Shown: one piece after another, positions 10,983 through 20,110 of the stretch
Numbering within the stretch: the first letter of the stretch is position 1
Layout of the letters: the number at the start of each line of letters is the position of its first letter
Origin: an uncultured archaeon
GTDB taxonomy: Archaea; Thermoproteota; Nitrososphaeria; Nitrososphaerales; Gagatemarchaeaceae
Direction of reading: 5' to 3'
Length of the DNA: 64,000 bases
NCBI GenBank assembly: GCA_963817525.1
Contig: CAWFOU010000007.1
Coordinates: 352,001 to 416,000, forward strand
Notes under the pieces: generated by a model
Database searches by the model: none
Seen by the model: only the letters and a program-made list of their open reading frames with translations
What the model was told of the DNA's origin: nothing
Translations under genes and position numbers: made by a program

Positions 10983-12650
10983 TCATCCCTTCGCGGGATT
11001 GAGGAGCTTCATCCGGCCTCTCGAGCGGAGCGACCAGACGAGGACGTTCGCGACCGCGGCTATGGCGGCGGTGGCAGCAAGTATGATCTCGAGGCTGGGG
11101 ATTGCGTTGAAGTTCAGCGTGACCGCTGACGCGACCCCGTCGGCCACGCCGACCTGGGCGCTTTGCGAAGCGCCGGCCTGCGAGGCCGTCACGGTGTAGG
11201 AGCCCGTGGGAAGGTAGAGTGCAGCGGTCAGGTTGCTTCCGATCGGGCCGCGGGTGACGTCCACGCCGTTGGTCCCTGCCGCCTCGACCGTGATCGGCGA
11301 GCCTTGGCCCCCCAGAAGGTGGACGGTCAGCCGAGCGAGGCTCACGTCGACGGTCTGCGTCGCGTATTGGGAGGCTACGTTGAGCGTCCCCTGGGCGAGG
11401 CCTCCTAGCGCGCCCATGCCCAGGGAGTAGTTTAGCTGGGCCGGATACTCGGACGCGAGGACGAAGAGGGAGCCCCCCGCCCGGCTGGTCTGGACTATCC
11501 CTGGTGAGCCGGTGACGCTCACCTTGGCGTCCTGGACGGGCTCGCCCCAGGGGGACGCCACGAAGTTGACGCTGGAGAGGTTCGCCCTCACCGGATACGC
11601 GACTACGGACTCGACGCCGAGGGTGCGATACATGTAGTAGAGCGTCCTCGGCCAGCTCGACTGGCCCGCCGTCAGGCTCGCAGAGTAGGAGATGTCAGAC
11701 GACTGGAGCGCCTGCGGGATGCAGCTGCTCGAGAGCGAGACCCAGGACGAGTCGTTGAGAACGAGGATCTCGGTCTGGGATACCTCGAGGCCGGTCGAGT
11801 TCTGATAGAAGGCCCTCAAGTCATACCTGCCGGCCCTGAGGGGCGCGTTCCAGGTGAGCGTGGCGGCCGTGGGCCCCAAAGCGGCGACGTCTATCGGCTG
11901 GGACTGCGCGGCCTCCATGCTGTAGGCGACGAGGTTGCTGGTGCCCCCCTCGTCCAGGGAGTACGTGTGGTAAAGCTCAATCCAGAAGGAGAAGGGTGTG
12001 TTGAGCACGCCGAGGGTCAAGATGGAGAGCGAGTTCCCTGGCGTAATCGCGATGCTCCCCGAGTCGCCCATGTCCGCGGGGAGCGAGAGCGTCAGCGGGG
12101 GCTGCGCGGGGAGGCCCGCGGCGCAGACCTCCTGGTCGTAGGAGTCCCCGAGGTTCGCGGGAGCCGAGATGGTGAGGTTTCCCCCGTCGAGCGAGTACTG
12201 GAGGGGGCTGAGCAGGACCGGGCGGTGGTCTGCCAGGTCCACGAAGCGGACCGGGACGACGACCGAGCCCTGGTCGATCGCGAGCGTAAGGTTCCAGACG
12301 CCGTCGGGGTCGGTGGAGGTGAAGGTGTAGACGGGAGCCGCCGCCTGGGGCCCCAGGTCTACCTGGGCGACCGTCGCGGAGGAGGGGGACTCCAGCGAGA
12401 CGCCGAGCGAGTAGTTGTAGCCGGACTCTGCCCAGATGGCATCCCCGACTGTGTAGACGGGTGTCCCTCCGGACACGAGGACGAGGCTCGAGGGGCCGAA
12501 ACCGAGGGAGAGGAGGGGCGAGGAGGCGGGGCTCGCCGCGGCAGCCGCGCCGGGCTGGAGCGCGACAACGGCGAGGAGAAGGCCGAGCAGCGAGAGCGTC
12601 GCCGCCGCCCTCGTCCTAGCGGCGCATGTATACCCAGAGGACGGCGACAA
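10983..12650 (-). CDS. Secreted, C-terminally anchored beta-rich surface protein (cassette 1, gene E)
   Basis: Signal peptide, C-terminal TM plus basic tail; aligns end to end with 26199..27920; start uncertain. Confidence 0.8.
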   Translation of the reverse strand: MSPSSGYTCAARTRAAATLSLLGLLLAVVALQPGAAAAASPASSPLLSLGFGPSSLVLVSGGTPVYTVGDAIWAESGYNYSLGVSLESPSSATVAQVDLGPQAAAPVYTFTSTDPDGVWNLTLAIDQGSVVVPVRFVDLADHRPVLLSPLQYSLDGGNLTISAPANLGDSYDQEVCAAGLPAQPPLTLSLPADMGDSGSIAITPGNSLSILTLGVLNTPFSFWIELYHTYSLDEGGTSNLVAYSMEAAQSQPIDVAALGPTAATLTWNAPLRAGRYDLRAFYQNSTGLEVSQTEILVLNDSSWVSLSSSCIPQALQSSDISYSASLTAGQSSWPRTLYYMYRTLGVESVVAYPVRANLSSVNFVASPWGEPVQDAKVSVTGSPGIVQTSRAGGSLFVLASEYPAQLNYSLGMGALGGLAQGTLNVASQYATQTVDVSLARLTVHLLGGQGSPITVEAAGTNGVDVTRGPIGSNLTAALYLPTGSYTVTASQAGASQSAQVGVADGVASAVTLNFNAIPSLEIILAATAAIAAVANVLVWSLRSRGRMKLLNPAKG

Positions 12651-13410
12651 GTGCGAATCCTGGGACGGCGAAGGATAAAAGCGAATTCGGGAGTATCAGG
12701 ACGGCGGCGTACACCCAGGCCAGCGACACCGCTGCGCTGAGCAGGGGCAGGACGAAGTTCATCCTCGGCTGGACCACGCTCGCGGCCGTCGGGATGGTCG
12801 CGTAGACGAGCAGGGAGCAGTAGACGGCCACGGAGGCAGCCAGGACGGGAAGAGCGGAGAGCGCCGGGATGGCGCGCGGGGCGGCGTTGGACACGCTGGC
12901 CGAGATCATATAGTCGAAGAAGTGGGCGAAGGTGAATGTCCCCGAGGACCCCAGGAGGGTGGTGACGAAGTAGACCAGCAGGCCCGACTCGAACCCGATG
13001 GGGAGGAGGACAGCGGTGAGGCGCCGGCCCCGCAGCATCTGGACCACCGAAGCGAAGATGAGGTAGGAGGGGAGGATGGTGAAGAAGGCGGCGACCCAAG
13101 TGGAGTAGATCGTCCCCGCGAACTGCCCGTAGGAGGGGTCGGACGTCGCGAGGGACAAGAGGATCAAGCCCAGCACCACGAAAGTCTCAAACGAGAACAG
13201 GATAACGAAGACGTCAGCCCTGGCCGGCCTTCCGCGGTAGTACGCAGCGACCCCGACCACCCTGAGCGCCTGGGTAACGACGATGAGCAGCTCGACGAGG
13301 GTGACTGAGGAGAGCTCGAGGTGCTGGAGGAACTGGGTCACCGAGAGCAGATAGAGGACGTAGAGGGACACGCCCGCTGCCGCCGTACACGCGACGAGGA
13401 GCTTGTTCGT
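12616..13410 (-). CDS. Polytopic membrane protein (cassette 1, gene D)
   Basis: About 8 TM segments; paralog of 27886..28683. Alignment puts the start at ACG 13410 (first canonical start GTG 13371). Confidence 0.75.
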   Translation of the reverse strand, partial: TNKLLVACTAAAGVSLYVLYLLSVTQFLQHLELSSVTLVELLIVVTQALRVVGVAAYYRGRPARADVFVILFSFETFVVLGLILLSLATSDPSYGQFAGTIYSTWVAAFFTILPSYLIFASVVQMLRGRRLTAVLLPIGFESGLLVYFVTTLLGSSGTFTFAHFFDYMISASVSNAAPRAIPALSALPVLAASVAVYCSLLVYATIPTAASVVQPRMNFVLPLLSAAVSLAWVYAAVLILPNSLLSFAVPGFALVAVLWVYMRR

Positions 13411-13416
13411 GCCGGG

Positions 13417-14580
13417 CTACCTCTCGAGCGTCTTCCTGATGAGGGGGAGGAGGTCCTCGTTGCCCGTCCACACGACCGCCCTCTGCGCGAAGGCGGGCGG
13501 GGACGAGGTCTTCTCGTACACGAGCAGCAAGGGCCTGCGTGCGACGACGCTCGCCATCCGCTCGTCCTCGAGCTCTCGTAGCCCGGTGACGAGGAGGTCA
13601 GACTCGGCCACCACCCAGTCGACGTCGCGCGAGCCAGAGGCGACGGAGCACGCCATCACGGCCTCGGCGAGCTCGTCGATGTCCTCGGCGGCGGCGCTCG
13701 TCAGCCCCCGGAGCCGCTCCTCCTCGCTCGTCTCGCGGCCGCCGTCGTCGCGAGGCGGGCTGTGGTAGAGGAAGACGACGCCAGCCCCCGTCTCGAGGAC
13801 GTCCCTCCCCACCTCCCCGAGCGCCTCGCACAGCAGGTCGGTCCACGCCGCCCGCTCGTCGCCCTCCCTCTCCGCGAAGCGCACGACGCCCACCCTCACG
13901 ACGTCCCTCACGTTTGCCTCCCTCACCCTCGCGAGAAGAGCCTCGTCGGGCGACTCCGCCACGCGCCTCCAGGCGATGTCCTTCGTGTATCCTGGGTTGT
14001 ACTCGTCGAGCTTGTAGAGCTCCTGCCCCTGCCCAGAGAAGCCGCTCGACCGTTCACCGTACCCGATGACCTTCAGCCGCCTCTGGACCTCGGGGGAGAG
14101 GAGGGAGAGGGGCATCGTGTCCAGCACGAGCTGCGTGGTCAAGGTCTTGTCGAGCCTGTTGAAGAGCCTCAGCGGGTCGGTGAAGGAGACACCGACGCGG
14201 ACCCCCTGGCACCTCCCTGCCCAGGTCCCGACGAACCTGAGGCGGATCCTCATCCCGTCGGGGAGGGGCTCGACCTTCACGAGCTGCCCCGTCTCCACGC
14301 TGAAGCTCGTCGGGGTGGAGCCTATCCAGCCAGTCCCCCTGGACTCGACGGCGAGGACGGTCTCGTACTCCTCGCCCTTCATTATCCTGACGTGTCCGCC
14401 CTCGGACGAGAGCCTGACGCCGCCCCCCTGAGTCGCCAGCTCGAAGATGCACACAGAGATGACGCCCATGGCAACGAGCGACGCCCCGAGGAGGACGAGC
14501 ACCTTGGCGTTGAGGACCTCTGCCATGACCATCACGAGGAGGGTAGCGACGAGGTAGTCTCTACCGCGCGGGGTCAGCGT
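13417..14580 (-). CDS. DUF58-like protein with N-terminal TM helices (cassette 1, gene C)
   Basis: DPLRLF and GQGQELYKLDEYNPG..KDIAWRRVA DUF58 signature, directly after MoxR. The conserved LTPRGR N-terminus lies upstream of the first canonical start (14535). Confidence 0.8.
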   Translation of the reverse strand, partial: TLTPRGRDYLVATLLVMVMAEVLNAKVLVLLGASLVAMGVISVCIFELATQGGGVRLSSEGGHVRIMKGEEYETVLAVESRGTGWIGSTPTSFSVETGQLVKVEPLPDGMRIRLRFVGTWAGRCQGVRVGVSFTDPLRLFNRLDKTLTTQLVLDTMPLSLLSPEVQRRLKVIGYGERSSGFSGQGQELYKLDEYNPGYTKDIAWRRVAESPDEALLARVREANVRDVVRVGVVRFAEREGDERAAWTDLLCEALGEVGRDVLETGAGVVFLYHSPPRDDGGRETSEEERLRGLTSAAAEDIDELAEAVMACSVASGSRDVDWVVAESDLLVTGLRELEDERMASVVARRPLLLVYEKTSSPPAFAQRAVVWTGNEDLLPLIRKTLER

Positions 14581-15509
14581 GGGGGCTCAACCCTGTCGAT
14601 CACGGAGGTGAGTATCGCCTGGGGGTCGCGCGACGCCCCCTTCAGCACCGCGGCGCGGTCCACCGTGAGCCTGTGCGTGAGCACCTCGCTCGCGAGCGTC
14701 TTGATGTCGTTCGGGGTGACGTACTTCCTCCCGTCAAGGAGGGCCCTGGCCCGGGCGCAGCGGACGAGCTGCACCATCGCCCTCGGGCTCGCCCCGAGCA
14801 CGAGCGAGGACTCGCTCCTCGTCGCCTGGGCAACCCGCGCCAGGTAGCCCAGTATCTCGTCGGAGACCGCGACCGTGTCCACCTCCCTCGCCATGGCGTC
14901 CAGCTCGGCGGCCGAGACCACCGTCCTCACCTCCTCGAGGTCCATGCTGGAGAGGTTCCTCTTCAGGATGCCCGCCTCTACCTCCGGGGTGGGGTAGCCG
15001 AAGCTCACCTTGACCATGAACCTGTCGAGCTGCCCCTCCAGGAGCGGGTAGACCCCCTCGAACTCCATCGGGTTCTGGGTCGCGATAACCATGAACGGGG
15101 TGGGGAGCTTCTCGGTGCGGCCCTCCACGGTCACCTGGAACTCCTGCATCGACTCGAGGAGGGCGCTCTGGACCTTCGGGGGGGCCCGGTTGATCTCGTC
15201 TGCCAGGAGGACGTTGGTGAAGACCGGGCCCTTCCTGAACTCGAACTCCCTGTCCTTGAGGTTGAAGATGAACCCGCCGATGATGTCGAGCGGGAGGATG
15301 TCCGGGGTGAACTGAACCCTCCTGAACTGGAGCCCAACGGACTTTGAGAAGGCGTTCGCGACGAGAGTCTTCGAGAGGCCTGGGACGCCCTCGAGGAGGA
15401 CGTGGCCTCTCGCAAGGAGGCAGGTCAGGATGAGGTCGGTCTCCTTCTCCCTTCCGACCACGACCTTCCCGACCTCCTCTACGACCCGGTCCCGGATCTC
15501 AGCGCCCAA
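14574..15509 (-). CDS. moxR: MoxR family AAA+ ATPase (cassette 1, gene B)
   Basis: GHVLLEGVPGLSKT, RVQFTPD, LADEINRAPPKVQSALLESMQE, ATQNP, QLDRF, GASPR; TTG start at 15509 chosen by alignment with copy 2. Confidence 0.95.
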   Translation of the reverse strand: MGAEIRDRVVEEVGKVVVGREKETDLILTCLLARGHVLLEGVPGLSKTLVANAFSKSVGLQFRRVQFTPDILPLDIIGGFIFNLKDREFEFRKGPVFTNVLLADEINRAPPKVQSALLESMQEFQVTVEGRTEKLPTPFMVIATQNPMEFEGVYPLLEGQLDRFMVKVSFGYPTPEVEAGILKRNLSSMDLEEVRTVVSAAELDAMAREVDTVAVSDEILGYLARVAQATRSESSLVLGASPRAMVQLVRCARARALLDGRKYVTPNDIKTLASEVLTHRLTVDRAAVLKGASRDPQAILTSVIDRVEPPR

Positions 15510-15882
15510 CGCCCGCGCCTCCGCGCTTGCCCAGGTCGGTCCCGCCCAGCATGATCGTGACGTCGACGACCTCGTGGTAGTCAAGGTCGGGGAGCGGAGC
15601 GCCGCCGTATCGGTAGGCCTCGTAGCCCTTCAGGGCGCCCTCCATCGCCTCGGTCTGGATGCCGTAGGACCTCAGGCGCGAGACCGCCTCCTCCCACGTG
15701 AAGCCTGCGGGGAGGTCCGGGACAGACTGCTTCAGGGCCGCCTCGAGGCCGCCGAAGGCCTCGCTCAGGTTCGAGGGAGAGAACCTGCGCTTCCTGAGCC
15801 CGAGGGCGGCGAAGGCTAGGGAGGCGTAAAGCACGACGTTCAGCGCCAGTAGCGCCCCCAGCACGAGCTCGTTGCTGACCAT
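15499..15882 (-). CDS. Small TM protein with DUF4129-like domain (cassette 1, gene A)
   Basis: N-terminal TM, TWEEA...YEAYRYGG motif; paralog of 30755..31138. Confidence 0.75.
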   Translation of the reverse strand: MVSNELVLGALLALNVVLYASLAFAALGLRKRRFSPSNLSEAFGGLEAALKQSVPDLPAGFTWEEAVSRLRSYGIQTEAMEGALKGYEAYRYGGAPLPDLDYHEVVDVTIMLGGTDLGKRGGAGVGR

Positions 15883-15977
15883 CGCGACCTTCCCTCTTGG
15901 GGACGGTGGGTCTTAAGGCTTGGAGTCGGGGTTGGCTTGAAACGTTTTTAGTCAGCGCGCGCACATTTCGAGGGGAT

Positions 15978-16754
15978 TTGTCTGGCCTCCGCGCTCCGTC
16001 CAGGATAGCCAGCGCGGCGGCGATCATCGCGCTCTTCGTGATCGCCTCCCTCTCCGTAGTCGTGATCGATAGCCACAGCCTCTCCGACCCGCTCCAGCGC
16101 GACTTTGTCAGGCCCGGGAGCGCGCCGTTGCCCCCGACCGGGACGCTGGTGGTGACGATGCTCTCGAACCAGGACTTCAGCAGCTCAATCTCGGAGCCCC
16201 TGAGGACGCCCGTGCCCGTCCCCAAGTGGCCCCTCGCGCTGGTCACGATCAACTCGAGCGTCATCTCGGTGGAGCCCATCTCCCTGACCACGGACCCGGA
16301 GGGCGTCGCAATCGACACCCTCCTCCCGGGAGACTACGTCCTGCAGGCCCCCTACAACACACTCAACATCGAGGTCCCGGTGGTGATCCTCAGCGGGAAC
16401 ACGACGAGCGTGCGGCTGGACTTCTCGGAGCACGCCTACTCACTCCTCTACAGCGAGGCCTCGGACGTGGGCGCGCAGCCAAGCCTCTACGTGGAGCTCG
16501 GGTCGTCCGCCTCCGTAGCCAACGTCAGCGAGCCGGTCACCATCGGGATGCAGCACGGCGGGCCGGGGGGCAACGAGGTGTACGCGACGGTGCTCTCCGA
16601 GAGACTCCCAGCGCAAGGGACCCAGTGGCTGGACCTCGGGACGGCGGCGGAGGTCGACCTCGCGGGCGCCGGGGCGGTGATCCTGGCGACCTGGAGCTAC
16701 TCGAGCACGGTGTCCGTCGAGCCGACCGTCAAGGGCGGCGGGCTAGCCTTCTGA
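15978..16754 (+). CDS. Membrane-anchored beta-sandwich protein, divergent from cassette 1 (gene F)
   Basis: N-terminal TM, TTDPEG..LLPGDY prealbumin-like motif; paralog of 31226..32062 (shared VANxSEPV, QWLxLGT, VDL); TTG after GAGGGG. Confidence 0.75.
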   Translation: MSGLRAPSRIASAAAIIALFVIASLSVVVIDSHSLSDPLQRDFVRPGSAPLPPTGTLVVTMLSNQDFSSSISEPLRTPVPVPKWPLALVTINSSVISVEPISLTTDPEGVAIDTLLPGDYVLQAPYNTLNIEVPVVILSGNTTSVRLDFSEHAYSLLYSEASDVGAQPSLYVELGSSASVANVSEPVTIGMQHGGPGGNEVYATVLSERLPAQGTQWLDLGTAAEVDLAGAGAVILATWSYSSTVSVEPTVKGGGLAF

Positions 16755-17591
16755 GGCGGCACCACGCCCGGCTCGCCTCTTCACTGAGGGCGGCCGGGCC
16801 CCGTTCCGCTGCGCGAAGTAGTCCTTGAGCGGGTCCCAGTATGCGCTCTTCCAGCCGCCGGTGTACTCGGCGACCTGGTCCGCGGGGACCTTCGAGTGCA
16901 CCATCTCCAGCTCGGTCCCTCCTTTCTTGGCAGTGAGCGTTAGCTCCAGCCTTGAGAACGGGTAGCCGTCGGGGAACTCCGTGGTCCTCCAGTCCTGGAC
17001 TATCCTCCTCCCCTTGACCAGCTCCAGGTTCTTCCCGCTGATGTAGCCCTCCCAAGCGGTGAAGGTCGCGCCCTTCTTCGCGTTCGTGGCGGCCGGCGAG
17101 CCGGTGAACTCGCTGTGCTTCTTCGGGTCGAGTAGGGCGTCATAGACCTCCTCGGGCGTGGCCTCGAAGAAGACGGTCTGCTCGATTGTCCCGAATTCTA
17201 ACGGCGAGAGCCTCTCACTTCGCTCCGACGCCAAGGGATTTCTGCCTGGCTTCGCGCTGGCCTGCGCGTCGTTCTTCATCATCCGGGCCTTGACCAGCTT
17301 CTTCACGAGCGCGACGGGGACCTCCTTGTCGAGGGGTAGGTGGACCGCCGATATCGTGGTCTTGTAGCCCGCAAGGTCCTTCTCGTGCTCCGCTATCACC
17401 GGCGGGCGGATGTAGAGCCCGATGTGGCTCTTCTGGAGGCCGAACCAGGCGAGCCGCCCTTTGTAGTCGTAGAAGGGGAGCCGGTAGCTGATGCCCTCCA
17501 CGGCGGTCGGCGCGACCTCCCCGATTGCCGCGCGGACCTCCTCGAGCTTGGCCCGCGCCTCTTTAGGGGCTGCGGATATGTAGTCATCCAC
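16743..17591 (-). CDS. DUF1801 (YdhG-like) domain fused to SRPBCC/AHSA1 domain
   Basis: DDYI..AP..ISYRLP..HIGLY N-terminal half; ATPEEVYDAL..IVQDWR..GW..YW C-terminal half. Confidence 0.85.
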   Translation of the reverse strand: MDDYISAAPKEARAKLEEVRAAIGEVAPTAVEGISYRLPFYDYKGRLAWFGLQKSHIGLYIRPPVIAEHEKDLAGYKTTISAVHLPLDKEVPVALVKKLVKARMMKNDAQASAKPGRNPLASERSERLSPLEFGTIEQTVFFEATPEEVYDALLDPKKHSEFTGSPAATNAKKGATFTAWEGYISGKNLELVKGRRIVQDWRTTEFPDGYPFSRLELTLTAKKGGTELEMVHSKVPADQVAEYTGGWKSAYWDPLKDYFAQRNGARPPSVKRRAGRGAASEG

Positions 17592-17743
17592 ATTTTTCGC
17601 GGCTTTCTTCGTAGCAGGTTTGCGCGGCCTGAATGTCTTAACTATATCGGGCCGGCCCCTTCGGCCACGGCGTGTAGACGGCTGTCAGTGGTACCGTAGA
17701 GGTCGTGCTAGGCACATCCACCGGCTCCATGCCGGTCGACGGG

Positions 17744-19951
17744 TCACCACCGGCTAGCAAGGGACGCCGCCGCCAAGGACTTGAAGGGCGTCGTCCTCCG
17801 CACGATGGCGTAGAGCCCAAGGGCGGCCAGCAAGAAGCCGAGAGGCATCCCTGCCTGGCCTGCGATCGCCGTCATCAGCAGCGCAGCGAATAGGGGTTGG
17901 CCTACCGAGCCTGAGGACGTGCAGTCGTAGACCCCGACGAACGTCTGTGCACCGCTCGCGGTGACCGTCCTCGAGTCGACGCTGCTCCCGGTGTCCTGCC
18001 AGTTCTCGAACGTGCAGCTGCCATAGCTGTCCAGCGCGATCTCGTAAGAGGTGCCCGCTGTCACGTCCGTGAACGTCTCAGACGTGAACCCGGTGGAGAT
18101 TAGGCTCCCGCTTGAGCTGGAGAGCGTCGTCTCATAGCCCGTTATCGCGCCACCATTCTGGTTCACGGACTCTACCGTAATGCTCGGGGGCGTCGAGCCC
18201 GTCTGTGACCCGCAGCTCGAGCCGCTGTAGATGGCCTCGATCGTGGTGGATCCTGTGATCGAGATGGTCACGGGGTCCGCTGTGCTGCCCGTCACCCCGC
18301 CGCCCGACCAGGAGCTGAAGGTGCAAGGGCCGTAGCTGCTCGCCTCTATCTGGTAGCTCACGCCGCTGCTCAGCGTGTACGTCGAGGGGGTGAACCCGGT
18401 CCCGAGGGACGAGCCGCTCGAGCTCAACAGCTCGGTAGAGTACCCGGTCACCGCGTTACCCAGCGTGTTCTCAGAGCCCACGGTCAGCGTGTAGGTGGAC
18501 GGCGTCGAGCCCGTCTGTGACCCGCAGCTCGAGCCGCTGTAGATGGCGTATATGGTCGTGGCACTGGTTATGGCGATCGGCGTGGGATCTGTCGTCGCGC
18601 CGTTGGACCAGGAGCTGAAGGTGCAAGGGCCGTAGCTGCTCGCCTCTATCTGGTAGCTCACGCCGCTGCTCAGCGTGTACGTCGAGGGGGTGAACCCGGT
18701 CCCGAGGGACGAGCCGCTCGAGCTCAACAGCTCGGTAGAGTACCCGGTCACCGCGTTACCCAGCGTGTTCTCAGAGCCCACGGTCAGCGTGTAGGTGGAC
18801 GGCGTCGAGCCCGTCTGTGACCCGCAGCTCGAGCCGCTGTAGATGGCGTATATGGTCGTGGCACTGGTTATGGCGATCGGCGTGGGATCTGTCGTCGCGC
18901 CGTTGGACCAGGAGCTGAAGGTGCAAGGGCCGTAGCTGCTCGCCTCTATCTGGTAGCTCACGCCGCTGCTCAGCGTGTACGTCGAGGGGGTGAACCCGGT
19001 CCCGAGGGACGAGCCGCTCGAGCTCAACAGCTCGGTAGAGTACCCGGTCACCGCGTTACCCAGCGTGTTCTCAGAGCCCACGGTCAGCTGAGGGGAGCCG
19101 CTCGTCGCGGTCGAATCCATCGACGACATCATGGACAACATCGTGTCGAGGAAGCTGGGGAGGACGTCGTATGGATCCGCTCCCGAACCGCTCGTGAAGT
19201 ACACCCAACTCGCGTACGGGGCCACGCTCGACAGGTACGACTGGGTGGGCGTGCTGACGTCGTAGGCCATCACCGCAAAGTTGCTCGCGCTGTCGCCCAT
19301 CGCCGCGCTTTGAACCGTCGACGCGGTCGGATATCCAGGGTTCTCATAGATGACCATGACATTGACCGTCCCCACGTAGCTCGAGAGCGTGGAGGTGCCC
19401 GGGTTGCCCACGGTCAGGCCAAGCCCGAGGGAGTCGGCGTAGTCGGTCGCGGAAGAGTAGTAGCTCTGGTATCCGTTGCTGTTCGACATGCAGTCGAAGA
19501 ATATCCCGTTCACGTGGTACCAGCTCACGTAGTCCGAGATCCAGGACTCGACGGTCGAGAGACTCTCCGCTCCATAGGCGGTGTCGATGTATCCGACCAC
19601 AGTAATGCCCGCGGCTTGCAGGGTCTCGATTCCCGACACGAAGTTCGGGTCAGAAGAACTGCCGGGCCCGGTGCTGGTAGGATCTATGACCGCGATTATC
19701 GGGACATTGGGATACGCCTCCTTGGCTAGGATTAGCGCGGGCCAGGTGGAGCTCGTCGGATATGCGTAAAGGGGGACCATCAGGCCAGTTTGCGTTTGGG
19801 TGGCGGCAGATGCAGGGTGGACGGCTGCGGGGATGACCGCGAGCGTGAGGACGAACAAGACAGCGATGATCTCAATCCTTCCAGCGCTTGTTACGTAGTG
19901 TCTCATGGGGAGAATGCTCTGTAAAATTTTCATATAAAAGGCATATGACAC
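17744..19951 (-). CDS. Spherulin-4 (GH135-like) surface protein with repeated beta modules and C-terminal TM anchor
   Basis: Signal peptide, VPLYAYP, GYIDTAYG, NGIFFD, GNPGT, VIYE; three ~100-aa repeats; start may be ATG 19907. Confidence 0.85.
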   Translation of the reverse strand: MSYAFYMKILQSILPMRHYVTSAGRIEIIAVLFVLTLAVIPAAVHPASAATQTQTGLMVPLYAYPTSSTWPALILAKEAYPNVPIIAVIDPTSTGPGSSSDPNFVSGIETLQAAGITVVGYIDTAYGAESLSTVESWISDYVSWYHVNGIFFDCMSNSNGYQSYYSSATDYADSLGLGLTVGNPGTSTLSSYVGTVNVMVIYENPGYPTASTVQSAAMGDSASNFAVMAYDVSTPTQSYLSSVAPYASWVYFTSGSGADPYDVLPSFLDTMLSMMSSMDSTATSGSPQLTVGSENTLGNAVTGYSTELLSSSGSSLGTGFTPSTYTLSSGVSYQIEASSYGPCTFSSWSNGATTDPTPIAITSATTIYAIYSGSSCGSQTGSTPSTYTLTVGSENTLGNAVTGYSTELLSSSGSSLGTGFTPSTYTLSSGVSYQIEASSYGPCTFSSWSNGATTDPTPIAITSATTIYAIYSGSSCGSQTGSTPSTYTLTVGSENTLGNAVTGYSTELLSSSGSSLGTGFTPSTYTLSSGVSYQIEASSYGPCTFSSWSGGGVTGSTADPVTISITGSTTIEAIYSGSSCGSQTGSTPPSITVESVNQNGGAITGYETTLSSSSGSLISTGFTSETFTDVTAGTSYEIALDSYGSCTFENWQDTGSSVDSRTVTASGAQTFVGVYDCTSSGSVGQPLFAALLMTAIAGQAGMPLGFLLAALGLYAIVRRTTPFKSLAAASLASRW
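18306..19088. repeat. Perfect 300-bp tandem repeat, about 2.6 copies, in frame within the spherulin-4 gene
   Basis: Lines at 18361/18661/18961 and 18421/18721/19021 are identical; identity breaks at 19089. Confidence 0.97.
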
Positions 19952-20000
19952 ATCTTTACATACGGAATCATATAAAAGACATATGACACGTGCCTACATA
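19930..20000. promoter_or_regulatory. Tandem pair of palindromic boxes at the spherulin-4 gene 5' end
   Basis: TCATATAAAAG(G/A)CATATGACAC at 19930 and 19968; each contains TCATAT-N7-ATATGA. Confidence 0.55.
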
Positions 20001-20110
20001 GAAAAGCTCTAGTCGTCTAACGTTAGAAACAAGTGAAAAATACCTCTGCAGGCAAGCTCCCAGTCCCTCGGCTTGTCGTCGAAGGGAATCTTCGACCACG
20101 AGCGTGCGAT

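Noticed and set aside
18306-19088. Possible DGR template/variable repeats
   Set aside because: The copies are identical, with no adenine-specific mismatches, and there is no reverse transcriptase in the window
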